Positions 45,363 to 54,794 of a stretch of 64,000 nucleotides of DNA are shown piece after piece. Made by a program: the position numbers and the translations under genes. This stretch comes from a virus (lineage: Duplodnaviria; Caudoviricetes), in the IMG/VR virus record IMGVR_UViG_3300044796_000401. One strand, written 5' to 3'. The notes beneath the pieces were generated by a model, which was not told the origin of the DNA, ran no database searches, and saw only the letters and a program-made list of their open reading frames with translations. Within the stretch, counting starts at the first letter, position 1. Every line of letters starts with the position of its first letter.

Positions 45363-45941
45363 ATGGGAACTGACACACTAGTGCTTGACATGACGGGAAC
45401 CCCCATCGGGTTCGTCGGCTGGCAGAAAGCCGTGACCATGGTGTGGAAAGATCGTGCTATGGTCATGGATGAAGATTCGGAAAAAATTTTGAGGTCGCCT
45501 TCGTTCGAGATGGGCATGCCCACGGTCATCCGTGCGAGGAACTGGGTGCGCCGCCGTCGGAAGACCGCGGTCCCGTTCTCCCGCCGCAACGTTGCGGTCA
45601 GGGACAACAGCGAGTGCCAGTACTGCGGCAAGCTGCTTCACCTGCCGGAGTACACGCTGGATCACGTGGTCCCGAGGGTCCAGGGCGGATCGAGCAACTG
45701 GAAGAACCTCGTGCTGGCATGCATCAGGTGCAACAAGCACAAGTCCGGGAGCACCCCGGAACAGGCCGGAATGCGTTTGCGCAGGATGCCGTTTGAGCCG
45801 AAGCCGGACGACCCGAAGTACAACTTCAAGCTTCGGATCAAGAAGATGCATCCGAGTTGGCGGCCGTATGTGGACGGCGGCTGGCTGTATGCCGAGAAGG
45901 CCGCCTACGCGTATTGGAACGTGGAACTCTCGGAGAAATAG
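45363..45941 (+). CDS. McrA-like HNH endonuclease
   Basis: FSRRNV..RD...CQYCG...TLDHVVPR.QGG.SNW.NLV.AC..CN..K...TPEQAGM.L. Confidence 0.88.
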   Translation: MGTDTLVLDMTGTPIGFVGWQKAVTMVWKDRAMVMDEDSEKILRSPSFEMGMPTVIRARNWVRRRRKTAVPFSRRNVAVRDNSECQYCGKLLHLPEYTLDHVVPRVQGGSSNWKNLVLACIRCNKHKSGSTPEQAGMRLRRMPFEPKPDDPKYNFKLRIKKMHPSWRPYVDGGWLYAEKAAYAYWNVELSEK

Positions 45942-46183
45942 GTTCCACGGGAGATCGGCTCAACGGAAGGTCAGGATTGAGCCGGACCATCGTGGTCGCC
46001 GCCAGGCGATGCCGGTGGCAGGACGGGAGAGGGCGATGTGGAGGCCCTCTCCCGTACGGAATTCGGTCGGTAGCTACGGCTCCCGGCGATAGCCCGAGGC
46101 GCTTAGTACAGGCGTTCGGGCGGGGAAGCTCTCTTGTCCCCCATCCTGCGGTTGAGAGTCCGTGGCCACGGATCGCAGGAAGC
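45942..46183 (+). ncRNA. Candidate multi-hairpin non-coding RNA inside the tRNA operon
   Basis: At least five long GC-rich hairpins, e.g. perfect 12-bp ACGGGAGAGGGC/GCCCTCTCCCGT, CGGCTCAA/TTGAGCCG, TCCTGCG/CGCAGGA. Confidence 0.5.
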
Positions 46184-46185
46184 AC

Positions 46186-46261
46186 GGCCCCATAGTTCAA
46201 ACGGACAGAACGCTAGTTTCCTAAACTTGAAATCCCGGTTCGAGTCCGGGTGGGGCCGCCA
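46186..46261 (+). tRNA. tRNA-Arg(CCT)
   Basis: GGCCCCA/TGGGGCC acceptor, TT-CCT-AA loop, CCA. Confidence 0.85.
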
Positions 46262-46280
46262 GATTTTGATTGAAGGATGT

Positions 46281-46355
46281 TGCTTTGTCGTCTAATCGGC
46301 AGGACACAGGTCTCTGGAACCTGTTATAATGGTTCGAGTCCATTCAAAGCAGCCA
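46281..46355 (+). tRNA. tRNA-Gln(CTG)
   Basis: TGCTTTG/CAAAGCA acceptor, CT-CTG-GA loop, G73-CCA. Confidence 0.88.
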
Positions 46356-46621
46356 ATTTTATGACGAAGGCGAAGTCGCTCAAACAAGTCGTTGCAACCG
46401 CCCGCAAGAACGGGAAGATGAGGATGTCGCAGGCGTATTTCGACCTGATGCTTGAGGGGATGCAGATGCCCGAAGAGCTCGGTAAAGCAGCGGTAGAGGC
46501 GGCAAAAAGGAAGAAGTGATGCAGGCTCTCGCACAACTCGGTGTCGCAACGGGATTCGTCGTGATCCTTGTCGGGTTGCTCTTTCTTCCCAACCTCAGAC
46601 GAAAACGTTGATCCCACCTCC

Positions 46622-46698
46622 GCTCCCGTCGTCCAATGGAATAAGGACGCTAGTCTTCTAAACTAGGAATATGGGTTCAAGTCCCATCGGGAGCCCCA
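46622..46698 (+). tRNA. tRNA-Arg(TCT)
   Basis: GCTCCCG/CGGGAGC acceptor, CT-TCT-AA loop, CCA. Confidence 0.88.
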
Positions 46699-46708
46699 AT
46701 CTTTCCGT

Positions 46709-46784
46709 GGGCTGCTAATTCAATTGGCTAGAAGCGCAGACCTTTAATCTGTTAATTTCGGTTCGAGTCCGGAGCGGCCCACCA
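46709..46784 (+). tRNA. tRNA-Lys(TTT)
   Basis: GGGCTGC/GCGGCCC acceptor, CC-TTT-AA loop, CCA. Confidence 0.82.
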
Positions 46785-46884
46785 ATTCTTTATATTTAGA
46801 CTATCAACCATTCCATTGGGGCGTATAATGGTTACAACCGGGGTCTGAAACCCGACTTCCGCCGCCGTAAGTGGAGGCACTTCC

Positions 46885-47082
46885 ATGACTCAATTTATCG
46901 TTTGCACGATTTGCTTTGTGGCTGGCGGGATCGTCGGCGCGGGCGGCTGGGCGGCTTTCCAAGCGAAGGTCAAGTCCGACGCATCGGCCCTTTTGGCTTC
47001 CGCGAAGGCGGAAGTAACCAAGACCGCTCCGAGCCTCGCAGCCGTCGGCGCTTGGATCGACGCGGCCATCGCGAAATTGTAA
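46885..47082 (+). CDS. Small membrane protein
   Basis: GGAGG Shine-Dalgarno; N-terminal TM helix. Confidence 0.55.
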   Translation: MTQFIVCTICFVAGGIVGAGGWAAFQAKVKSDASALLASAKAEVTKTAPSLAAVGAWIDAAIAKL

Positions 47083-47447
47083 ATCGGGGCTTGTTTGCCG
47101 GGGGCTGGCCGGAGCCAGCCCCCGATTTTATCCCCCGCCGGAAGTCCGTCTTTTTTCCTCCTCCGAGTATTATCCGGTATGTTCCAGCTTCCCGAATTGC
47201 CGCCCTGCCCCTACCACGCCGCCGAGCCCCCCGAGGAGCTTGCCGCCCACAAATGCTATGATTACCAGCCCAAGCGGTTCCACGAACTGATGGACGAGAC
47301 TCGGGAAGAGACGTTTTCGCAAGTGCCCGAGATCGTGCCCAAGATCATCGAGACGCCGGAGGGGGAAGAATGAAACCGTTTCCGCCCTCCCCCACGTCTA
47401 ACAACAAGATTGGTGAATACGGGTTTACTAGATAGCGAGGAACACAT

Positions 47448-48020
47448 ATGAAATACTTTATCGGTCTATTGGTTCTTTTCTTCAGTTTTGTTGGTCTTTC
47501 CGCGGCCCAGCATCCGGGCGGAGGGTCCCACGGCGGCGGTGGCGGCGGCTCCCACGGGGGCGTTAGCGGAAGCCATGGCGGCGGAAGCAGCCACGGGAGC
47601 GCCAACAAAGGCTCCTCCCACAAGGGCGGCAGTCGCGGAGCGGTCTCGCATGGCAATCAGGGACGCAATCAAGGACATCAATCGCGAGTAACCGACCGAG
47701 GACATTTCAACGGCGACCAAGGGCGTCACACAAGCGCCAACGACCGCAGCCACTTCGACGGGCGTCATTTCGACGCTGGGTATCGCGGTCGCTATTTCGG
47801 ACGCAGCAACCGTTTCCGCTTCGGGCCTCGCGTGCGGTATGGCACCGGCGGTTGGCGTTTCTGGTATGGAAATTTTTGGTTCAACATGTATGACCCGTGG
47901 TATAGTGACTGGGGATGGGGCGATGACATGTACATCGACTACTCTGAGGGTGATGATTGCTACTTCCTGTACAACTACCGCCATCCCGGATTCAGAATCC
48001 GCCTCGGCGTAGTTTTTTAG
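47448..48020 (+). CDS. Secreted Gly/His-rich protein with an aromatic C-terminus
   Basis: Signal peptide, low-complexity linker, W/Y/F-rich C-terminal domain. Confidence 0.65.
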   Translation: MKYFIGLLVLFFSFVGLSAAQHPGGGSHGGGGGGSHGGVSGSHGGGSSHGSANKGSSHKGGSRGAVSHGNQGRNQGHQSRVTDRGHFNGDQGRHTSANDRSHFDGRHFDAGYRGRYFGRSNRFRFGPRVRYGTGGWRFWYGNFWFNMYDPWYSDWGWGDDMYIDYSEGDDCYFLYNYRHPGFRIRLGVVF

Positions 48021-48233
48021 GGTTTTATCGATAGGAACATTATACCGCTACCCACATCCCAACGAACCTGCCCGTTTCATTTATGTTGGGCAGGGAGCGA
48101 ACCGGGATAAAAGACACCGTTTGGGACGTTCATCTTGTTCATCTTTTGGTCGGCGCTTCAAAAACACTTTCCCAACGTTGAACCGCTTAGCGAGCGCAAT
48201 CCCAGACTTTAGTCTGGGTAAGCGAGTGACTTT

Positions 48234-48371
48234 ATGATACAAGCACAACTCAAGCTTCGTCTCAACAAGAAGCAAGAAAACACTCTGACGGGATGGTTGT
48301 GGAACCTAACTGGTGTCTGGAACTGGGCTATCCGCAAGATAGAATTAGACGCAAAGGCGGGTGCGTCGTGA
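48234..48371 (+). pseudogene. tnpB: TnpB N-terminal stub (45 aa)
   Basis: MIQAQLKLRLNKKQENTL..W......VWNWAI matches the TnpB N-terminal helix pattern. Confidence 0.7.
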
Positions 48372-48868
48372 TTATTTGTAAAGCGTGTTTAGTCCCTAAA
48401 GACTCTCGTGAGTTCAGCAAAGACTCTCGCAAACGTAATGGATGCCAGAGTTATTGCAAGCCTTGTGCCGCCTCTAAAATTGCTCGGGCGAGGGCGGCAA
48501 ACCCCGAGAAAGATAAAGCCACACGCAAACGGTGGGAAGCGACACACCCCCAGCGCCACTTGAAACATTCGGTAGGAATCACTCTGTCCGAGAAGCGGAG
48601 TCAATTTAAGAAGCAAGGCAGTAAGTGTGGTGCATGCGGCAGCCTTGAACATAATCACCCGTATCTGCAAGGCGAGAATGGGTGGTGCGCCGACCACGAC
48701 CACGAGACCAGACAGTTCCGTGGCGTGATTTGCTGGCCTTGCAATATGACGCTCGGATTTGCTCACGATTCCGTAGAGCGATTACTGGGCTTGCTGGATT
48801 ATCTGGCGGCTCGTAACACGCTATTTGCCGGGGCAGGATATGCCCACGAGGAGGCTTGCTATGCGTGA
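48368..48868 (+). CDS. Endonuclease VII-family nuclease ending in a TnpB-like C-terminal tail
   Basis: CKAC...CKPC Zn motif; QGSKCGAC...DHDH.T.QFRGVICWPCN..LG...DS..RL...LDYL; ends AARNTLFAGAGYAHE. Confidence 0.8.
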   Translation: MIICKACLVPKDSREFSKDSRKRNGCQSYCKPCAASKIARARAANPEKDKATRKRWEATHPQRHLKHSVGITLSEKRSQFKKQGSKCGACGSLEHNHPYLQGENGWCADHDHETRQFRGVICWPCNMTLGFAHDSVERLLGLLDYLAARNTLFAGAGYAHEEACYA

Positions 48869-49209
48869 GCCTGTCAGGAATCCCAGAGTTTACTCTGGGA
48901 GTATCAAGCAAAAGCGCGTGCTTGTTACAATGGAGGCCGCACTCAGGGGCGTAAAAACGCTGAAAGCGGATTCCTCAAGATTATTCTTGCAAAGGGCCGA
49001 CACAGCCGTTGGCACATTGCCCGAAATAAGCCGAATCTCCGTTGCTCTCTTTGTGTTGACGAGGAATTAACTAAAGCGGCGGCTCATAACTGAACTCAAT
49101 TTTGCCTGCCGCGCTGAAAAGGCCGAACCTTTGCGCGAAATCTAGCGGTTGTCTCGCGTCGCAGGCATAATTTCCTCGACGTTCAATCCCCATCTGGTAT
49201 TATCTGGAT

Positions 49210-49557
49210 ATGGACGAAATCAAGCAAATCAGCATCGTCAACTCCGAGTATGGCAAGCCCTTCAATCTCTACGTTCGTTCAGACCGCCTCAAGGCGTTCT
49301 ACCAGTTCATGATCGATGAGCGCCATCCCGAGCGCAAATCCGACCCCATGCCCGGTGCGAGTTGGGCCGTGGTGCTGGGGCTTGATGCGATCTTTGCCCG
49401 CCGCCCCAAGAAATTTCCCGTCGATGACATCCTGCTTTGGCTGGCCAGCGGCATCATTCCACACCCGGATTTCCCGCGCGTGACCAAGACCGAGGTCGAG
49501 TACGCCCTTGAGCGTTTCTCCGCGATGTACCCTCCGGACGCCTCGGAGGACGCATGA
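49210..49557 (+). CDS. Hypothetical protein
   Basis: Leaderless start 6 nt after TATTAT. Confidence 0.6.
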   Translation: MDEIKQISIVNSEYGKPFNLYVRSDRLKAFYQFMIDERHPERKSDPMPGASWAVVLGLDAIFARRPKKFPVDDILLWLASGIIPHPDFPRVTKTEVEYALERFSAMYPPDASEDA

Positions 49558-50090
49558 ACTTCCACGACGAGATAAGCGCGATCCGCAGCAATTGGACCGG
49601 CGGGCGGATCACGAAACGCACCGCCATCATCGAGTTCGAGGCGCTGCTGCGGGAGCATCGCATGCTCCCGAAGGACCACCTGCTCAATCCGGACCTTTCC
49701 GACGAAAGCTTCCTGTCTTTGCTCAACCATTCGTTCGCCCTGACGGAGGGGTCCCTCGCGTGGCTGGAGCAGCAGACCGAGACGTTCTTCGCCGAGCATC
49801 CCATCACGGAGTCCCGGTGCCCCGCATGCAACCGGTGGGTCGCCGGAGGGCTGTACAAGCAGGTCGGCATAGAGGAAGAGGACGACGGGGACCAGATTGC
49901 TCCGCGGGAAATCTTCGACCTGCCCTCGCTCCGGTGCGCGGCCTGCGCCCAGGCCTACTTGGACGAGCGCGTGTTCAAGACCAAGAGTCCGGGCATCCCC
50001 GACACGGGCGAGGCTCCGATGAGTAAAGAAGAGGCCTCGTGGTTTGCTTCGCTGGAAAAACAGATGAATGAGCCCAACGGCAAGAAGTGA
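49554..50090 (+). CDS. Hypothetical protein with two CxxC pairs
   Basis: CPAC...CAAC; ATGA overlap. Confidence 0.6.
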   Translation: MNFHDEISAIRSNWTGGRITKRTAIIEFEALLREHRMLPKDHLLNPDLSDESFLSLLNHSFALTEGSLAWLEQQTETFFAEHPITESRCPACNRWVAGGLYKQVGIEEEDDGDQIAPREIFDLPSLRCAACAQAYLDERVFKTKSPGIPDTGEAPMSKEEASWFASLEKQMNEPNGKK

Positions 50091-50113
50091 GGAAAACCTC
50101 AGTATTGACCAGT

Positions 50114-50320
50114 ATGAAGCGAGCCACCGCGACGGCGAAAGTCTGGTTGGACGGAAAGCCCGTGGTCTTGAGCGGCACGTTGCAGCCGCTCCAAGACGGC
50201 ATCCAGCTATTCTGCTGCAAGGGCAGGTGGTGGCTCTACTACGATTTCGACGACAACACGGGCTCCTTCGAGTCCAAGAAGGAAGCCAAGGAATGGCTGC
50301 TGAATAATGGCGGACGGTAA
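50114..50320 (+). CDS. Small hypothetical protein
   Basis: Aromatic-rich 68-aa ORF. Confidence 0.5.
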   Translation: MKRATATAKVWLDGKPVVLSGTLQPLQDGIQLFCCKGRWWLYYDFDDNTGSFESKKEAKEWLLNNGGR

Positions 50321-50726
50321 GTTACAGGCCAAAATGGGGCTTAATCCTAAGAACGCGTTACGAAAGGAACTTCGACCGTATGGCGGCTGCAAACGGTGGA
50401 TGTACCTATTTCTTTGTGCAGAATGCAAAAAAGAACTTTGGTATGAACGACGTATTGTCTTCAAGCAACAAGGGAAATGCCCAAGATGCGCCGCGAAAAT
50501 TAACGCCGTTCAAGCCCACGAATCTGTCACAAAGCGCCCCTTTGAGGCCATCTATAACAGATTAGTCAAATCCGCTTCGGACCGTAATTTGTCGTGCGCA
50601 CTGACTTACGAATCCTTTTTACGGTTTACAAACACCCATAAGTGCCACTACCGCGGGTCATCCATTGTTTGGTCAAAACACACAGGTTCAGTAGGACAGG
50701 AACGAGATTTTTTGGTGGAGGACTAG
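50307..50726 (+). pseudogene. Truncated HNH-like endonuclease
   Basis: CAEC...CPRC, RPFE..YN.L...A..R.L...LTYE.F...CHY; lacks the HNH core seen in paralogue 13848-14337. Confidence 0.5.
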
Positions 50727-51185
50727 ATGGACAATAAACTCAGCAAGCCGAAGAAGCTCACCGAGCGATGGCTGGACGCGGCGTTCGAGGAGTTGCGGAA
50801 ATACAAAGCCACCCTCCAGGAATGGGACGACCTCCTGACGGACAAGGAAGCCATGCTGGAATCTTGGGAGGCGAGGCTCCTCGCCTTCACGGAGGAGCAC
50901 AGCGAGGAGTTCGAGGACGAAGGATGCCCGTGCGACATGTGCCGGTACGAGCGCATCGGAGAGGACGACGAGGACTGCGGGATGCGCGAGTGGGATGAAG
51001 AGGAAAAAGAAGCCATCCGTAAAGACCCTGATCTTGAACAGCATATGCGCCAACTCAAGCTCGTGCGCCATTGGGGTCCGCCTCCCGAGCCGGTAGTCGC
51101 CGCCCCGGACGCCGGAGCCCGGAAAGACATCGTGGAGCTCGATAAATTGTACGCTTTGCCGGACAGGCGCAAGGGGAAGCGATGA
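50727..51185 (+). CDS. Acidic hypothetical protein
   Basis: GGAGGA Shine-Dalgarno; CPCDMC motif. Confidence 0.6.
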   Translation: MDNKLSKPKKLTERWLDAAFEELRKYKATLQEWDDLLTDKEAMLESWEARLLAFTEEHSEEFEDEGCPCDMCRYERIGEDDEDCGMREWDEEEKEAIRKDPDLEQHMRQLKLVRHWGPPPEPVVAAPDAGARKDIVELDKLYALPDRRKGKR

Positions 51186-51412
51186 GCTTGGGCGGGAAAG
51201 TCTGCTGCGTGGTCGAATGGCTCGACGGGGGGGAGTCCGAACAGTGCGAGAATCCCCCGACGCATGCCGCCTACAGCCCCGAGGGCAGGCTGAAGCACTA
51301 CTGCACCCCGCATTTCGACGCCCTGGTCGAGACGCTGCGGGCTTGGGATCGCACGAACCGGTACCCCGAGTACATCACCAAGGTCAAGAAACTCAATCCG
51401 GGGCTCCTGTGA
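51182..51412 (+). CDS. Small Cys/His protein
   Basis: C...C...YC.PH motif. Confidence 0.5.
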   Translation: MSLGGKVCCVVEWLDGGESEQCENPPTHAAYSPEGRLKHYCTPHFDALVETLRAWDRTNRYPEYITKVKKLNPGLL

Positions 51413-51422
51413 GGCCGGTCTG

Positions 51423-51635
51423 ATGCCGCACGAATGCCAATGGCCGATATCGGAAACCGAAGCCTGCGGGCTGCCAGCCCACAATCGCATCGAATCCGAT
51501 AATGACGGAGAGCCCCTCATGTGGCTTTGCGCGAAGCACTTCGACTGGATGGCAAACCTGATCAAAAATGTGGCAGAATGGGACGATCCTGTTGGGGAAT
51601 TGATGGCCCGGATCGTCAGGAAGAACCGTCTATAG
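51423..51635 (+). CDS. Small Cys/His protein
   Basis: CQW...CG...LCAKH motif. Confidence 0.5.
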   Translation: MPHECQWPISETEACGLPAHNRIESDNDGEPLMWLCAKHFDWMANLIKNVAEWDDPVGELMARIVRKNRL

Positions 51636-52032
51636 AGGGAAATTAAGCGGGGTAAAATCGTCCTTTGCGGCGTATTCCCTTTATATATCCTAGCACTTCA
51701 TACTGAGGCCACTCCTCAGAGCGGATGCGTTTTGCGGCAAGTGTCCGATGATGGATTGGAACTCTTCCTTTCATGGAAGCTGCAAGAAGTAAAAGTCGGG
51801 TTGAGTTTTCGCCCGGACTAAAACACCAAAGCCGCCGTTTCAGGCGGCTTCGGTATAGATTTTTTGGGATCACCACCTTTCTACGGAGTACTGGGCAACT
51901 TCAAGTTTTCCTGATATATGAGGCTGCACTGCTTTTGATTCATAGGCATCCTCCACCGAGAAAGGGATTAGATTGAGTATTAGGTTGTGTCAAGCGACCG
52001 TTGAATGAGGCCGCTTAAATAAGGAAACCGTA

Positions 52033-53580
52033 GTGGAAAATCTCAAACGCATTTTCGGAATACTGGATGACCCCGTGCGCATCTACTATTTTGATGAAAG
52101 CCGGGAAGTGGAAAAGGAAGAAGTAGCCTACGGTCGGATACTACATCAGATTGTCTTTGGCAACAACGGCCTAGTTGAGAGTCTTGGTCCAACGTGGTCC
52201 TTGGTGGCCGATCCCAGATTCTCAAAAATTGAAGCCATGATGATTGTGGATCGTAAGGCCGTATTCGGCGGGGATTCGCGGCTTGGGGTGCAATATATCA
52301 GCGAGAACGGACTCCTATCTTCTTCCATGGGGGATTTGGAAAAATATGCGGAGATTTTAGGAGAAGGGCGGAACTTCCACAATGTCCTTGTCCACCCCGA
52401 CGAAAATTGCCTCGTCCGCCGCTGGCTTGAGCGCATCTTCAAGGGCTACACTTTGGTAAGGCCCCACCTCTCCCTCAACTGCAAGTGCAAGCCGACCGCC
52501 GACCCCCGGACGTTCAAGGACGCTCCGGACGAGGTTGTATGGGATTTGATAGGGCGGGAGTGCCCCAACCGGGGTTTCGACCGCGCAGGGGCTCCCACGG
52601 CGTATGGCACCCTAATGCACAGCCTGATCCGGTCGGACCTCGTCGGCCTGATCCACGATTACGCCGAGACCCCGCTCATCGACAGCTACATCTACTTGCA
52701 GAACAACGGCGTCGTCGTGGCACCGGAGGATGTCCAGAAGCTCGATCCCCGCGGGGTGGACCACCAGCGAGTGCTTCAAGAGATCGACATACTGGAGCAG
52801 GCGCTCACCCACCGGGCGGTCCTGAGGGTCACGGCGGCAAAAATACTGCAACAAATGCAGGTCGAGAACGAGCTTAAGAATCTCAAGGATTCGGAGGGAA
52901 ACCCGCTCCAGCTTACCGACACCGAGCGTGACGAGCTTCTCCGCATCGTGTATTTATCCAAGTGGCCAGACGAGAAGCCCGAGCTTATGATGAACATATT
53001 CGGATTCATCGCTTCCTGCATGAAGCGCCCGTTTGCCGAGCGCCAAGCCAGGCAGCTTGCGGACGCCAGCAACCGCTCGCTGGAAACGATCGAGGACCTG
53101 AAGCGCGGCATCATCATGCCGATCAACCACTACACGGAGCCCGTGCTGGAGATTCCCGCCGACCTCGCGGAGAGCGAGGTCATGCGGTACGCCGCGGTGC
53201 TGGACGCCTTGACCAAGAACCCGCTGAAGGGCCTGCTGTTCCAGATTTACGTGGCGGCGGAGCAGGAGGGCGAGGTCGGCGTGCTGGACATCCTCGCGCC
53301 CATTTTCGATCCCAACTACCGGCTTGACGAGGAGACCTACAACAATTTCCTGCGCGCCATCACCCGCCGCGCCCGGAGCCTGCGGGTCATGGAAGCCGCG
53401 GAGGTCGTCCCCCGCGGCACGACGGACACGGGCGTCTCGGACATGGACACCCGGACCAAGGAAGGCAAGCTCGATATCTACGGGCAGCGCCCGAACCCCG
53501 ACGATCCCACGAAGATGCAGGTCAAGCTGGGGGACGGCACCTGGCACGACACGAAGTTCCCCGATCCGCCTAAGGAATAG
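52033..53580 (+). CDS. Large hypothetical protein
   Basis: 515-aa open frame; no motif recognised. Confidence 0.7.
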   Translation: MENLKRIFGILDDPVRIYYFDESREVEKEEVAYGRILHQIVFGNNGLVESLGPTWSLVADPRFSKIEAMMIVDRKAVFGGDSRLGVQYISENGLLSSSMGDLEKYAEILGEGRNFHNVLVHPDENCLVRRWLERIFKGYTLVRPHLSLNCKCKPTADPRTFKDAPDEVVWDLIGRECPNRGFDRAGAPTAYGTLMHSLIRSDLVGLIHDYAETPLIDSYIYLQNNGVVVAPEDVQKLDPRGVDHQRVLQEIDILEQALTHRAVLRVTAAKILQQMQVENELKNLKDSEGNPLQLTDTERDELLRIVYLSKWPDEKPELMMNIFGFIASCMKRPFAERQARQLADASNRSLETIEDLKRGIIMPINHYTEPVLEIPADLAESEVMRYAAVLDALTKNPLKGLLFQIYVAAEQEGEVGVLDILAPIFDPNYRLDEETYNNFLRAITRRARSLRVMEAAEVVPRGTTDTGVSDMDTRTKEGKLDIYGQRPNPDDPTKMQVKLGDGTWHDTKFPDPPKE

Positions 53581-53597
53581 TGTGCTATACTCAGCCC

Positions 53598-53978
53598 ATG
53601 TTCTCGCGAAATAAAATCCCGACTGTCTTCCCCTCCTGTAGGAGGGGTTTCGTGGCCGACAAACACATCGACATACCGGATGCTGAAGCGCCAAATTTGG
53701 GTGACATTTTGGGGATTTGCAAACTGATCGACTCGACGGCGAAGTCCTACGCCGAGCTTGCGGCGTCGAATGTCGATCCGAACGATCCCGAGCTTCCCCG
53801 GCTCCGCATGGTTGGCGGAGTGTTCATGCGGGTTCCCCACAAGGCCCTTTACCGCCAGCTTTTCGAGCCCTCGTACAGGCGGGCAAAAACCCTCGGGTAC
53901 AGGGGCACCCTCCAGCGCTGGGGAGAGCTTCTCCAGGAAGCCGCGGACCAGCCCCAATCCCCGCCCCCGGCCAAGTAG
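53598..53978 (+). CDS. Hypothetical protein
   Basis: Leaderless start 6 nt after TATACT. Confidence 0.55.
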   Translation: MFSRNKIPTVFPSCRRGFVADKHIDIPDAEAPNLGDILGICKLIDSTAKSYAELAASNVDPNDPELPRLRMVGGVFMRVPHKALYRQLFEPSYRRAKTLGYRGTLQRWGELLQEAADQPQSPPPAK

Positions 53979-54045
53979 CCGAAATCCCCCGACCGCTGTA
54001 TACTATGGGTGAGGAGGCGGGAGCCAACGGTTCCCCCCAAACACC

Positions 54046-54279
54046 ATGAGCACAGAAGGATTCTACGCAGGCAACCCCCCGAGCGGATTCTATGCGGGCG
54101 ACAGCTTCGTCCACCAGCAGTACGAAAAGCGGGTCCGCCCTTGGGAGGAACTCAGCGCCGAGGTCAAGGAAGCCACGAAGCCCCCGTTCAAGGTGTTCCG
54201 TTCCTCGGCGAGGGAAGACGAGGCGCTCGCCCGGCTGGACGCGGAGATCGAGAAGCTCAGGATTCGGAATTCCCGATAG
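54046..54279 (+). CDS. Small hypothetical protein
   Basis: Downstream of the TAGCCG-17-TATACT promoter. Confidence 0.5.
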   Translation: MSTEGFYAGNPPSGFYAGDSFVHQQYEKRVRPWEELSAEVKEATKPPFKVFRSSAREDEALARLDAEIEKLRIRNSR

Positions 54280-54794
54280 CGCGCCCCGACATCACGCCGG
54301 ATCGGAGCGGAGCGCGGATGACATCGATGAAACAGGCGGCCATCGGTGCTTATTTCGAGGTATCATAGGACATGGGCTGGAATCTTCTGATCGATTGCGC
54401 CGTATCGGCGGGGCTTCTGTTCTGCGCCGCCACTTTGGTCTATGCGCTGGCGCAAAGCCGAAAAGGAAAGCAGCCGTGGAACTAGACTTGGGGAACGGCA
54501 TCATACTGACGGGGGCGGATGAAAAAACCGCCAAGGGCCTTCTCGCGCGGAAGGCTTTCATCGCGCAGTATTGCAAGGGCAAGGGCTGGGATGCCGACGA
54601 TCTCACGATAACGCAGGTGCTTGAAATCCGTGCGCAGGAGGGCTGGAAAAATCCTCTGGCTACCGCACCATAAAGATAGGGGCTGGTGGAGTGGGTATCA
54701 GACATTCTACAGATAAGCTGGGCGCGAACCCAGTGCAAAACGAAATGCCTCATCCGGTGAAAGCCGGGTGAGGCATTTTTGTGTTTGGGGCCGG

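Larger units (their letters stand above)
48191..48907 (+). mobile_element. IS200/IS605-family (IS1341-type) element with tnpB largely replaced by an endonuclease VII gene
   Basis: Left-end hairpin CCCAGAC-TTTA-GTCTGGG (48201-48218); right end TCAGGAATCCCAGAG-TTTA-CTCTGGGAG-TA-TCAA (to 48907); left boundary approximate. Confidence 0.75.

Noticed and set aside
46815-46880. Additional tRNA after tRNA-Lys(TTT)
   Set aside because: An anticodon-like hairpin is present but there is no T arm or acceptor stem; the region contains TATAAT and looks like a promoter or UTR.
49095-49172. Hammerhead ribozyme (CTGA...GAAA...GTC inside a TGCCTGC/GCAGGCA stem)
   Set aside because: The core is CTGAAAA rather than CTGANGA and stems II and III do not pair convincingly; treated as an unexplained hairpin.
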